The translations under genes were made by a program, and so were the position numbers. Positions 51,401-63,847 of a DNA stretch of 64,000 bases are shown piece after piece (within the stretch, counting starts at the first letter, position 1; the number at the start of each line of letters is the position of its first letter). The notes beneath the pieces are model-generated. The model saw only the letters and a program-made list of their open reading frames with translations, did not search any database and had not been told where the DNA came from. This stretch comes from Camelus ferus (Eukaryota): assembly GCF_009834535.1 (NCBI RefSeq), contig NC_045696.1:1488001-1552000 (forward strand), read 5' to 3'.

Positions 51401-53463
51401 CTGCCCCCGTCTTCAGAACCAGGCATGAGGTTTTTGCTGATTGGTTTGTTTTCTTTACATGAAAAAAAAATTTACAAATATCAGTACAGGGTGTTTGCAT
51501 TGCTTTTATTGAAATGAAGACTCGAAGGAGGTGACCCTGGAGCAGCTTCCAGAGTCTGCTCGTCCCCATGGGAGGGTGGCCATGGCCAAGCCGTCCCTGT
51601 CTTACCGAGCGAGCCCACAGCCTCTGCTGAAGGGAGTGAGGGGCACGGCTGTTCACATTACACTGTGTTTTGATGCTGGATGAGATTTCTTTTTTTTTTA
51701 GGAGAGCAGAGATGAAGTCAAGACATGATGAAATCAGAAGGAAATATGGTAAGACTCTCCATCTCAGCCGGCAGGAAGTGGGGTCTGGCCACCTAGGCCG
51801 TTTTAAATGCCCACTGGGGTCTGCTGTGGGGTGTGGGCTACAGATCCGGCCCTGCAAACAGAAGGACCCCACCAGGAGAAGTAGCTGCCTTTTGTCCCAA
51901 GTGGTGCCACGGCCCACCGGGCGTCTTGTGAGATGGAGCCTTCGAGCATCTCTCCCTAAGCCAGCCTTCCTGGCCCTCGTCTGCTCCTGAAGTGTTGGGG
52001 TTCACGGCGGCCCGCTGGCACCCGACTTCCACCCGCCGTGGTTGCGGCCCTTTCTTGAAGGGCAACCACCCTGAGGCCACGCTGCCTTGGTTTCCGGGAG
52101 CTAGTCCCGGTTTTGTTTTGCTGTTTCTTTGGGGAGAGGGAGTGTTTTCTCAGTGTTTAGTTGGTTCTGTACTGATTTTTGGCGTGTTCTGCTCCCTGGC
52201 GCTTGGTTTCCCGTGAAATTGAAATCACAGAAAGGAGCTTTTGGCGTCTGATTAACATTAACATAAATAAAAGGAGAGGTGAATGTGTGCTTGTGTGTGT
52301 GCGCACACACACTTGAACACAGAACGGAGTGTCTTTCCCTGCCAAGCATAGCGCGGTGCTGCCCCGGGCCTTTGCACGCCCGCTGGCTCAGCCTGACGAG
52401 GCCTGGCCAGGGAGAAGGCCTTTCTGTAACCATTGCTGAGTGGCTTTATCCCTGTTGTGAAGATGGTCAGTTTGGCCTCTGATTGCACTGATGGGATTAA
52501 CTTGTGCCCATCGAATGGTCTGGACTGTGGGGAGCCTGGAGTTCTGTGGGAGGTAGGAGGGCACGTGAGGGCACCTGGTTTGTGTAACACACGGAGCACA
52601 GCGCAGATGGAACCCTCTCCTGGTCTTTAGAAGGCATTTGGTTTCCTAGTCACGGAGCAGTTTATGTCTCTTTTTCCCTCTAAACCAGAAGTCGAGCCAG
52701 GAGCTAGGTCCCCCCACCCCCCGTGGCAGGATCTTAACAGGACAGCTTGCATTTGATACTTGGTAGCGGTAGTTCTTTGCCCAGAACCTACAGTGTGCCT
52801 CCCCCCGGGCTGAGGCCCGCCCTCTTCCTCTGACCAGTGGGCACTGTCCCCTTTGCTCCTACCTTCCCCCCACCCCCAAAAAAAATCCCATGGTAAGTAG
52901 GTTTGTTGCTCCTGATGTGCTGGGTTCACGGTACAGATTTTTAAAGAGACGAAGAGAGTGTGTCCATAATTAAGAGAAAACTCCTGGTTTCTCCGTGTTC
53001 AGCACCTTCACACAAGTCGATGGCACCTTGTTTTTGTGACCTTACTTCTGAAACTTAGTGATCATTTATAAGCATATTTAAATTGAGGCGATTTTGTTCT
53101 GTTTTTTTCCTGCGTGGGCCAACCACTGAGGGAAGAGATAGTGGCTTTAAATTTCTTAATTTCTCTTTGAGAGAATCGGCAAACAAGGCTCTATTTCTTA
53201 ATGATCTATTTTTCTTAGAAGTTTTTGTTTCCAGTAAATTTTACTTCAGTTTTAAAGTCACCTGTGGTTTGACTTTCAAAAAGGTTAAGGTTGCACTTGA
53301 ACCTGCGAAGTCCTGCTTTTGATCTCCGTGACGCCTTAGACAAACTTCACGTGTTGCTCTGACTTGTGTGTCCTGCTGCCTTAGTGCCTTTGTAATCAGG
53401 CCTGTTCTGTTTCCAGGTTTGTTTAAAGAAGAAAACCCGTACGCGAGATTCGAGAACAACTAG
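41896..53463 (+). CDS. PTTG1IP: PTTG1-interacting protein (PBF), spliced CDS over 6 exons, 176 aa
   Basis: Exons 100+53+109+175+47+47 = 531 nt, all GT-AG. Contains signal peptide, PSI domain, TM, poly-Cys, basic segment and C-terminal ENPYARFENN. Confidence 0.97.
43524..43999 (-). mobile_element. MLT2B-like (ERVL) LTR
   Basis: tgtattag...gaaacagaacc...gctggagacccaggg...caagttgacacataaaattaaccctcaca. Confidence 0.8.
44709..44860 (-). mobile_element. tRNA-Ala-derived camelid SINE (well-preserved head)
   Basis: 44783-44854 reverse complement is a near-complete tRNA-Ala(AGC)-like sequence, followed by the SINE body aaataaacctaattac and an A-rich tail. Confidence 0.9.
48433..48485 (+). CDS. PTTG1IP: PTTG1IP exon 2
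   Basis: CSQNTNRTCEECLKNVS; cag| and |gtaagt. Confidence 0.96.
48763..48871 (+). CDS. PTTG1IP: PTTG1IP exon 3
   Basis: CLWCNTNKACLDYPVAKILPPGSLCQLSSARWGVCW; |gtgagt. Confidence 0.96.
50647..50821 (+). CDS. PTTG1IP: PTTG1IP exon 4 (TM and poly-Cys)
   Basis: NFEALIITMSVIGGTILLGVAVCCCCCCCRRKRSRGPDKSEEKAMREREERRVRQEE; |gtgagg. Confidence 0.96.
51702..51748 (+). CDS. PTTG1IP: PTTG1IP exon 5
   Basis: RAEMKSRHDEIRRKY; tag| and |gtaaga. Confidence 0.96.
53417..53463 (+). CDS. PTTG1IP: PTTG1IP exon 6 coding part
   Basis: LFKEENPYARFENN followed by TAG; YARF is a YxxPhi sorting motif. Confidence 0.96.
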
Positions 53464-55169
53464 ACGCAGTCCCCGGCGCGTCCAGCGGCCTCGGCGCCTC
53501 TCCCGGGGCTGCCGCCCTCGCCCCTGGCTGAGGGGCCGTCAGAAGCCGCGCTCCCGGCACAGGCCTGTGAGCTTCTGTCCCTTTTCTCTTGTTTCTCTGC
53601 TTAGTCCCTGAGAGAGGAAGCCTGTCACGGTTTTCTTTGTTGTTTGGTTGTTAATTTGAGGAGGAAGCCTGCACATTCCATCCAGCCCTGTAACCCGTCT
53701 GGTCTGCGAGCTGCGTGCAGACCCCTCCCCTCCGTCCCCCGCCCCGCACGCAGCTCAGCAGGAGGGAGAGCGCGTCCAGGTCCTCGTGGGACCCTCGTTT
53801 CCCCAGAACCACAGACGGCTTTCCATGGACCCGGGTCCCAGGACACAGCCTGACGCTTCTTGACTGCGGCCACACCAAGTAGCTTTGAAATTTCTTTTTT
53901 GAGTAATTGTTGGATTTTATTCTCCCACCTGAAAGATTCCATCAGAAAACTTTACTAGCAAGGTTCAGACCACATACGGGATGGCTTTTAATTTGTATCT
54001 TTCCTGGAACATCAAGATTCTTTGCTAATGGAAACCTGCAGTGTGAAACAGCCTCTCCGAGGGCAGTACTCGGGGATCATAGCTCCGGCCCCACTGTCAG
54101 CAGGGCAGTCCTGCGCCCTCACAAGTGCTGCCTGAGTCTCGGGCCCGCCCTGCCTGTCTGCCACGGTCATTTAGGGATGGTGGGTGACCGCAGGTCCGCC
54201 TTGGGAGGAAGGGACTGCGTGCTGGCCACCTGCTCCGCTGGGCTCTGTGCCCTGGGGCCGGCGTGTGCCGGGCAGTGGGACGGTCCCCACGCACCACAGG
54301 GGATGCCGGCACCTGTCCCGCTTGTCAGACGACCCGGCTCCCAGCCTCGCCCCTTGTCTCGGGCACATTTGAGAAGCTCCTTCAGAGGCAGCTTCTTGAG
54401 GGGGCTCAGGGGCCTGTCCAGGGCCTGGGTGCGGCACGCAGTGGTTCCGCTTCTTCCAGGTCAAGGTGCGAGACTTGAGTCAGTAGTCCGACTGCTCTCT
54501 GGTGGGGACAGCAGGCAGTGAAGTCACTGTGAGCTGCCTTTGTTGAAAGAGACCTGAAAATAGTCCCAGTTGCCCAACTGCTTTGACTTAGAGAAACCCT
54601 GAGCTTTGGAAGGTGGGAGGCTGGTGTCCCCACTTCACTCCGGGTCATGAGTTAGAGCGTCAGATGAGCCTACACAGCCACCGCGGTAAGAGCATCACCA
54701 GACAGCTGGGCGGCCGGCTGTCCACATCGCAGCTCTGTGTCTGAATGAACGGTTCTGCCCTCAGGCGTTCACAAACTAAGAAACAACCTTAACAAACTCT
54801 TTAGTCTACTTCTCTGCCTTCTCGGGCATCTGATAGCGACTTAGAGTGTGAAACATCCCTGCGTGTTTTATAGCAGCCTGCAGATTTTTACTTTCTACTC
54901 TTTGTTTATAAAAGAAAGTTTGTGGTAGACTTCACTGAGCTCGATATTAACACGGTAGTTTCTGGAAAATTGCTCTTCCTTGACCCTCGGCGGCTGGGCT
55001 GAGAGCAGGGCCGCAAGTCAGGAAGTAGGACGGAGCCCCTAGCCCGGGCAGCAGCGTCTCGGCCGTGCACTCCGTCTCAGATGTGCTGGGAGAAGCCACG
55101 CACTGTAGCCTCAAGGGGACCATAACGTCCGAGTGCCTTAATCACTAACCAGTTTCCAGTCAGGGCTTT

Positions 55170-55175
55170 AATACA
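55170..55175 (+). terminator. PTTG1IP: Putative PTTG1IP polyadenylation signal (variant AATACA)
   Basis: No AATAAA seen in the preceding 3'UTR; followed by a GT/T-rich element tgctttgtgttccctgtgtttc. Confidence 0.5.
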
Positions 55176-58032
55176 CGCTTTTGTTGAATATGCTTTGTGT
55201 TCCCTGTGTTTCATTTCTGGCTGGTGTGAGCATGATTCCTTGGGGGACGAGGACGGTGAGGCTGTCGAGGTGAAGATGGGCACCGCGGGCCACGTGAGCA
55301 CCTCCCACTTTGTACCCCGGCTGCGCCGTGTGCTGAACTGTCCCTGGCCTGGCGCCCCCACCCCGGGGGTCTCAGTACCTGGTCCTGAGGAGCGGTCTCC
55401 CCTCTTCTGAGGTGCTGCTGAGCCGTTTTTCTAGTGCCTCAGTCACCAGGACTCTGGACTCCACTGTCCTGCAGGTCAGCCTGTCCATCCGTGGTCCCCG
55501 TGGGAAGTGCGGGCCTGTCCGGCATGATGCAGTGGAGGGTCAAGTTCATGGGCAGGTCAGCCCCAGGCTTTTCGCTCTAGAGTGTTGAGTGATACAGGCT
55601 ACATCTAGCGTGGATGGTGCAGAGGCAGAGTGAGGTTGTGTCTCCACCTCTGGACCCAGGCAGAGGTGGCCTTGTGCCTGGCGTGGCCTTGTTGGAAACT
55701 TACAGTGCCCTGGATTCAGTTAAGAAGTTTGCAGTCTGATTATGGTGAGGTCTCTGCTCTGAAAGGAAGGGATGCTGAACAAAGTACTTGTTGCAACGTC
55801 TGCTCCTTAGGACAGGTCACTTTGTGCAGGGTTAAAAAGCCCTGCACTTGACCTGATGGGTACACAGTGGCCACGTTCCCGTGACCTGGTTCTCGGCATC
55901 CTTGGGCTCGTCTGTGTCTCGGCCTCCTGGTCCGCTCTGTTAGTGCTACGTAGAGTTCTGGGTCAGAGCATCCGTGATGTCTGCTTTACGTATATGCAGC
56001 CTCTGCCAGATTCCCCCCTGAGAGGGGCACCTGCCTGGAGGGGGTCTGTGATGCTTCTCAAGACAGGGCAGAGGGACGGGGCCCCCTGTGATTTTGCCAA
56101 CATCTTGACTTAGCAAGTTACTCTGAGGAGACAGTTCTCACGGACCGTCCCAGCCGGAGCAACAGATCCGTGTGTGGTCCAGGAGGATGGCAGCCTGGGT
56201 GCAGGTCCGGGTGCAGAGATGGCAGGAGGGCGGGCTCTCAGGGAAGGCGACTCCATCCTGCCACCGAGGTTCCTGAGGAACGAGGCTAGGAGGCGGGTGG
56301 GACGGCCTGGTCGCCCGTGTGGGGGTCCCAAGCCCCCCATCCTCGTCCTGTTCTAGGTCCCCTGTTGGTCCTACTCTCCACCGTGCTGTGCGATGTGGGT
56401 CACAGGCCCTGCTGATCGCATCCTGGCCTGGCGATGGCTGATCAGGTGGCCGTTCTCCGTGCTCACTCCCCAGGGGGCCTGGCAGGTGCCCTGAGTCCCC
56501 AGAGTTCCAGACGCTCAGTGGGAATCTGCATGCCTCATGGTCACGGCTGCCACTGTAGTACTTTGTCCAGCCACGTGCCCACTTCAGTGAGCCGAGGGAC
56601 TCGTGACGGTGGCATCTTGGGTGGCTGGAGATCTCACTGTGTCCCCTGGTAGAAAGGTGTCCAGCCAATCCTGACGGAGTCAGGGTGCACGGGCTCCCGG
56701 TTGGGTCCCTGGGAGAGGGTGAGGAGTCGTCCTCTGCCACCCCTCACCCCCGGTCCCATGCCTTCTGCTGGGGACACAGCCCCCCAGGATCTGCACACAT
56801 TGAAGGATGGAAGCTGCACGGACTCCTGTTTCCCTTGGCTGCTAAGTCAGAAGGATGTCAGTGTGTCCAGCGGCTCGGAGCCCAGAGATGCTTCCCTGCC
56901 GCACAGCCCTCCTCCCCGTGGCCCCGGGGCTGTGCGCCCCCTGGCTCCCATCAGCAGCGGGGACAGTGGGGATGGGGTGCCGGGAGCCGGTCACGGCACT
57001 GGCCTCCCTCGCTGGGGCCGCACTGGGCACATCGAGGGTTGGAGAGCTGCACTCACTTGAGACATTTCCACTCAGAGCATTGCCACAGCCTCCTTAAGGC
57101 CGGTTTAGGAAGCCCCAGCGCAGACCCCTCCCGCAGAGGGAAAGCCCCGCCCACGGGAGGAGGCCCCGCCCACGGAGAGGAGGTGGCAGTGCTGTCTCCG
57201 CCAGAGCCGCTTGGTGGGTGGACTTTTCTCCCCGGAGCTAAAGAATGTATCAACCTGCAGCCTCGGAGCAGACATCTCGTTGTTTAAGTTCTGAACGCTA
57301 AGAGCAGTTCCTGACTGGGGATAAATCACCAAATCCAGTCAGTAGAGCATTCTTGAGCAGTTTCTTCCACAGATTTAGTTCTGTAAGCTCGCGGGCAGTG
57401 GCACTCAGTCAACAACATAAACTGAGTTTTCTTTGAGAGCGGGAGCGGTGCTGGGGCTTGCAGTGGCCTGAAGCCCGGCCGGGTGCTGGCGTGGCCGGAG
57501 TTGGCACGCTGCCTGGCGTTTTCCAAGAGGACGTGGTTTTCCAGGCCTGTCCCTCCAGCCGCCCTGGCCCTGGCTGCCCCCGTGACCTCGGCCCATTACC
57601 TCCAAGCTCTCGGTGTCTCCGGCTCCGCTCCCCCTCAAGGGGCTGAATCTCACATCCCTCGTTGGCACCTGTTTGTCCCTCTTGTTCTACTTAATAATCC
57701 CCTCTTCTGTCCACACTTGGCCAGATCAAGTCGATGAGGATCTCAGACTGAGGGTAAAAATGAGGCACTTTGTGCAGATCTCATGGCTTCCAGCCCTGTA
57801 TCCCCGGTAGCAGCATCACCACTTTCCTGTTCCAGCGTTTCCACGAGATCACGAGGGCCTCCTGCAGCTACTCAGACCATCTCAGAGTCACGTCCAGGGG
57901 GCCGTGGGGAGGGGACAGGTGCCGGCCCTGCTGCTTACTGGCGGGGGACAGGGCAGTGACTGGGGCAGAGGGGACCCCATCTGAAGAGTCGTGAGCTCCG
58001 CGTAGAGTAGGCCACTCAGTCAGTGTAAAAGG

Positions 58033-58394
58033 TAGTTAACCCAGCATAAACAATTGTTAACAGGCATGATGAGTAGTTCATCTGGTATGAAGAATAGTTG
58101 ACCCATTATAGAGGATTGTTACCAGGAATGAAACACAGTTAACTCAGCATAAAAAAGTTAACCTGGTATAATGAGTAGCTAATCAGACACAAAGAGTAGT
58201 TAAGCTAGGCATGAAGAGTAATTAACCTGGTGCAAAGAACTGTTAGCCAGGCATAAAGAATAGTTAACCCAGTATAAAGGATTGTTAACTCGGCATGAAA
58301 AGTGATCTGGAATAAAGAGTAGGTCAGCAAGGCATGGAGACTAGTTAACCTGGTATAGAGAGCAGTTAGCTGGGCATGATGAACGGTTACCCCG
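58033..58394. repeat. Degenerate ~21-bp minisatellite, ~18 units (consensus approx. TAGTTAACCYGGCATAAAGAG)
   Basis: Recurrent tagttaacccagcataaa / aagttaacctggtataatgag / tagttaacccagtataaagga at ~21-nt spacing. Confidence 0.85.
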
Positions 58395-59307
58395 TCCGCA
58401 AAAGGTTGCTGGCTGAGGCTGGAAGGCACCGCTGGCCCCTGGAGGAGGAGGTTGGAACAATTCACACCTGGGTTCCTGCTGGAGGTCTCATCCCCCAACA
58501 CGGGGTCTTGGGAACAGAAGCCACAGTGCAGGAGGCTTGATGACCTGCCCAGGAGACCTGGCCCATTTCCCAGGAAAGTTTGAGGTCTCCCCTGGGACGC
58601 TGGTCCAGGGCAGAAGAGGTGGGGATGGCCCACAAGAAGCCTGCTTGCCTGGGGACACTGAACCTGGGGTCCAGACCCTGAAATGAGCACAAGTTGTTTC
58701 CAAGGACACGAGGGGACTGAGTACTAGGCTGTGAGTGCAGCGCTGGTGGTTCCAGGGTCAAAGCCGGGCCAGCGCCTTCCCGCCCGGACGGCCTCCCCCA
58801 GGCGCAGTGCCCCGACTCCCCATTCCTCCTCGCACGGCCCGTGGTGGTCACAGGCCCCTGACCACGGCCGGCCCAGATGTGGGCAACGTGACTGAAACCC
58901 AGGCATGGAGGCCACCCCTTCATGGTGGTCAGTGCAACATGCAGCGACTGTCCTCTCTTGGGGGACATTCCATCCTGTTCCAGACTGCCAGACCCCGGGG
59001 AGCACCGTCATGACACGCCTGGAGCGAGAAGCTCCTGCATCTTGTCCACCAGGCAGGCCTGGCTTGCCCGAGGGGTGGCGTGGGCAGGCTCCCCTAGGGC
59101 TGCAGGTGACAGAGACCCGGAGGTCAGAGCAGCGCCCTGCGTTCTGATCACCTTGGCTGGCAGGCGGGAGAAGGGCATGGGGCGGGTACCAGGCCCATGG
59201 CTGCAGCCCAGGTGCCAGGAGCTGTGATGGGCCCGCCACCCGGATGTAGCTGCTCTCCAGGCGCGTTGGCCCCATGACTGCCCCGGGGAGGTCCAGGGGG
59301 CTGTAGG

Positions 59308-59655
59308 CTGTGTCAGTAGGCTGTAACAGACACAGCAGGCTGGAGCTGAAACCACACAAATGCATTTTCTCACAGCCTGGAGGCTGGGAGCCCGAGGTCC
59401 AGGTGTCACTGGGCTGGTCCCTTCCGAGGCCCCTCTCCTGGGCATGCAGATGGCCATCTCCTCCCTGTGTCCCCACATGGTCGTCCCCCTTGGGTGTGTC
59501 TGTGCCCTGATCACCTCTTCTAGGGACCTGGTCAGATCGGACCCACCCTAGTAACCTCACTTTGACTTAATTACCTCATTGAAGCTTCTCTCCAGATACT
59601 GCACATTCTGAGGTGCTGGGATTAAGGCTTCGATGTGAGTTTAGGGGAACCCTGT
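59308..59655 (-). mobile_element. MLT1 (MaLR) LTR
   Basis: ttttctcacagcctggaggctgggagcccgaggtccaggtgtc...cacattctgaggtgctggg. Confidence 0.8.
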
Positions 59656-60604
59656 GCCTTCGAGCCTTGAGTGGGGCCTTGGCCTGCAGGGCTCGCTCCC
59701 AGGGATGTGTGGTCCCTCCAGTCTGCCATCTGGGCAGCAGGGTGGGCAGTGCCCTTTCTATAGGGAGCCCTTCCCTCCTGCCAGGCGGACGAGTGAGGAG
59801 GCTCCATCAGGCACTAAGTGTGCCTGTGTCCACTCCGCAATCTGGATCTCTGGTTCTCCCAGGGCCCACCACAAGCTGGACTCAGGGTGAGACCCCATTC
59901 TCACCTGGCCTTCGAAGCCCCACTTTTGCCAGTGGACCTCATTTGCTGACTGCAGCCCCTTCAGAGCAATGTAATAACCTCAGAGGGTCCCAGAGGGTTT
60001 CCTTTGCTCCAGGACACAGGGACCCTTGAAAATGGCCACAAGTCCCTCTGGGGGAATCCTTGAGAGCCACTTCATGGTCTCGCCTGGCTAATTGCAGGGT
60101 CCTCCCTTACCAGCCTTGGAAGCAACTGGGGAGGAGCCAGGAGCCCCCACTGTGGTGACTTGAGGGGTTTTGTCCCAAAGACCTGGAATTCTGCCTGCCA
60201 GCTTAGCAGGGGTCAGATTCATCCCCAGGGCCCTGCCATCACAACTCCCAGGGTTCAGAAACTGATTCCTCTCCTTCCAGGTGACACTATTACTTGTTCC
60301 CAGTCTGTCCCTAGCATTAAGTACTGACACCTGGCACCCACCTTACCAGGACCCCCTGCTCCCCGATGTCACTGAAAGGTGGATTCCATCCACCACGGAG
60401 ACCAGGTGACCTTGTTCCAGAGCAACCTCTCTGGTCTGCAGCAGGCGGCCCCCGAGGGCACTTCGCCCATGCGTTTCTTCCTGACTCGGTGCAGGGCTGG
60501 AGGGGAGGCGAGCAGGCTGCATGTCGTAGGTCCACCCAACACCCTATTTCTGGGATCCCAGGCCTTCCCTCCACAGCGGCAATTCTCCCCCTTGGCTGCA
60601 CCTG

Positions 60605-61060
60605 CACCACCAGGGCCAGACCCCACCTCCAGAGGCAGTGAGTGCATGGGGCTGGGGCTGGGGGGGGGGTGCGGTGTGCATGAGCATTTTCCCCCCCAAA
60701 CTCTCCAAGTGATTCTCATGCACAGCCGAGGCTGAGAACCACTGTCCTGGAGGCTCGCTCCTTACTGGCCCAAATTTTAGTGGATTGGCATCACCTGGGA
60801 GCTTGATCAGCCTCCGGATTCTCCGTCCCAGCCGAGGACCCGCTGAGTCAGAACCTGCAGTTCTCCAGATTCCCTGGCAGCTCACCTGTAGCCTCCTATC
60901 TGAGCAGCACCTGGATCCCCAGCAAGGCTCACAAGACACAGACGCTGGGCCCCACCCTGGAGCCTCTGACCCATCAGGCCTGGGCAGGGGCCCCTGTAAT
61001 GCGTTCCCAGGAAGCCTGGCTGCTGCTGGTCCAGGATCAGACTTCGAGAAGCATCGCTGT
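60605..61060. mobile_element. Cluster of about three MER5-type DNA transposon relics
   Basis: caagtgattctcatgcacagccgaggctgagaaccactg; gcatcacctgggagcttg...gctgagtcagaacctgca; gctgctggtccaggatcagacttcgagaagc. Confidence 0.6.
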
Positions 61061-62201
61061 GCAGAATGCCGAGCTGACTGACCCTATGAAGCCCTGGATT
61101 CTGTCTCCCAGACTGGTGACACGGCTTCACGTCTGAGGTGACCCTCAGCCTGTGTTCTGGGCTGCCACTCTCCCGCCCGCACCTTGAGCCCTGTGGAGCC
61201 TCGTCTCGTCTCCCTGCTGTGACAGGCATGAGGTCTGTGTCTAGGACGTGCCCCAGACCCCAGCAGTACAACTGGTGACCTGCATCTTTCAGGTGGACTG
61301 TGGATGTCTGAGCCTTGTCTGGGGGCCTGGGGACAGTGAGCTGTGGGGCCTCGTTAGGGAAGGGCCCAGGTGGAGTGGTTTCTGCAGAGAAAGGCCACCT
61401 TCCTCACTGCCCTGCAGTGGACTTGGAAAGGTTAATAATAGGGGGTAGGTTAGAGAGGGACCCAAAGCTTATAGACAAGAAGGCTGCCATCCCAGCTTTC
61501 CGATAGGTTTAAGAAAAGCTACGATTTCTAAGTTGTCCAGCTTTTCTTGCTTTTAGACTGGGATGGTGATCATTCCAGCTTTCTACGTCCTGGGCAGAAC
61601 CCGCTCTCTGTATGATTTTGCTTACAATTTAATGAGGTTGTCTAAAGACCTAATATGTGGTCATACTGCAAGTGTTCCACAGGTGATTACAAATATTACA
61701 TAATTTTTGTTGGCTTCCAAGTCCTTACTTTCTCTCCCTATGCAAATATCATGAGCTTATGAACCATGTGATTCAGATTCTCTCTATGCTTGGTTTTGTC
61801 GTGGGTCAACCTTTCAGAAAGAAGATGGATCCTCACCCAAAATTTGGTTCAGCTGTTGACTGATGGACACACACAGACACACACACACACACACACAGGG
61901 TGTGCAAAAGCCCACCCCTCACACAGTGGGGCTTCCTGGGGAGAGCAGGACGGGCCTCTAAGCAGGTCTGAGAATGGCTGGAGAGGCAGGAAAGGAGACA
62001 CACTTGGGGTTTCCGTTGTGTCAGGGCTGGGGCCGCAGTGAGGGTCCCTTCACAGGCAGGTGCGTGTGTGGTTTCAATTCCCCACGGGTACCAAAGAGGG
62101 CGTCTCCCAGGCTCCCTTCTCTGCCTGCCCAGATGTAGGGAAGAAAGAGGCAGGGATGAGGCTTTAGAGATGTTGGTAGTTAAACACCTAAAAAAGAGTG
62201 A

Positions 62202-62332
62202 GGGGGAAGGGTAGGCAGTGGTAGGACATGTGCTCAGCATGCGCACAGCGTCCCGGTTCAGTTCCCAGGACCTCCATTAAAATAAATAAATAAACCAACC
62301 TAATCCCCCCACCAAACAAAGCAAAATAAAAA
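62202..62332 (+). mobile_element. Diverged tRNA-Ala-derived camelid SINE
   Basis: gggggaagggtaggcagtggtagg...gctcagcatgc...ggttcagttcccaggacctccattaaaataaataaataaaccaacctaat. Confidence 0.8.
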
Positions 62333-63200
62333 GGCAGACTCCTACTTGCATTTTCCTACCTGCTTCTTGGTGGAATGGACCTGTTCCTAGTGTAATAGAC
62401 CTCTCTGCCCATTTAATGCTTTGTGGTTTAGAACGCACTCTATCTGATATGAACATTGTTACCAGCTATTAGCATTTCTGTCTTTTATTTTTACCCTTTT
62501 TCCCTAATGTTTAGTTGTGTCTCTTACAAACATAGTTGCATTTTTTGACCCAGGTAGGGAGCCACTGCCTTTAAACAGAATAATTTAACCCATTTCTATC
62601 TATATGGTTACCTGTATTTATTCTTACTCTCTTATTTTATATGCTGCATTCTACTTCCTTGTTTTAGAACTGGTTTAATCTGCTTGAATCCTTGCTCTGC
62701 TGCTTTCACTAACCAGGTGACCTTGGATCTGAGACTTGTGCCTCAGCTTCCAGGTCTGTAAAATGGCATCATAACAGAACCAGAACGAAGGTGTTGGGGA
62801 GCGCAGGTCACGCTGCACGAACGTCTTCTGCTTGCATTTCTGCTGCTGCCCTTTATCTGTCTCTATGACTTTGTTAGGTCGGTTGAGTTTTGTTATTGCC
62901 TTACTTTTCTTGCAGTGGTTTGAAAGTCACTTCTCACTTTCTTGGGACAGTCCTCTCCCTCTGCTTCTATCTTCTTCTGACCTACCTGCCAGTTCACGAT
63001 CACCTCTTCCACCATGTGTGGTCTGCGGTTAAACTTCTCCACTGAATTCGTAATTTTAGTGACTGTATTTTTGTTTTCAAATTTCCATCTATTCTTTTTT
63101 ATAGATTCTGCTTATCTGATGAAAATTTCCATCTCATAATGTTTCCTTGAACATAGTTTTTAGAGTTACTTTAAAATCTGTCCAATAATGCCGATACCCT
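62333..63200 (-). mobile_element. Old L1 fragments, interrupted by a MIR at ~62680-62830
   Basis: L1M-like motifs actctatctgatatgaacattg and ttttagtgactgtatttttg; MIR core gtgaccttgg...cctcagcttccaggtctgtaaaatgg. Confidence 0.55.
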
Positions 63201-63215
63201 TTTCTCTTGTGGATT

Positions 63216-63465
63216 ACATGTGTATGTATAGTTGTATATACAGTTACAGATCTATATAATATGTATTTATATACTGTGTATGTATGTAATATATAATTAC
63301 ACATTACATAATTATGTGTATATTTATATAATATGTATATTTAAATATGTATATATATAATTTATATAATACTATATATTTATATAATAGATAATTGTAT
63401 ATATTTATATAATATGTATATATTTATGTAATATATTTATATAATAATACATATGTATTTATATG
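63216..63465. repeat. AT-rich (TA)n-like low-complexity repeat
   Basis: Repeated tatatttatataatatgtata-type units. Confidence 0.9.
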
Positions 63466-63847
63466 ATAGCTAATTGATACAGTTTCCCCCTTTGGTTTTG
63501 GATCATTTACTTCCTGGCTCCCTTGCATCAGGCTGGCAGTGGGAAGGAGAGCAGGTCAGCTGGGTCCAGTGCGGGAGTGAGCCGTCTGGATGCTGGGTTT
63601 CGGTCTTTGCGAGGGCTGATCCTTTACACCTCAGCCTTACTCCTTTGCTGTGGGACTCGCTGCTCCAGCAGAAGGTCTGGGTTATTATCAGAGCCTCCTA
63701 CCAGTTATTCTTGCAGCAGGCTCTGCCCAGTTATTGTCTCCCCCAGCCTATGAGACTCAGAAGTACTGCTTAGTGTCTCAACTTCTTGTCCACTGTCTTT
63801 ATTAGGGGCTGCACTGTGTCTGTCTCTTCCTCCTTCTCCTTCTGTCT

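Noticed and set aside
58033..58394. CRISPR array or leucine-zipper gene reading of the 21-bp repeat
   Set aside because: Mammalian DNA, no unique spacers or cas genes, degenerate units with indels, and the ORF has no ATG start or splice support
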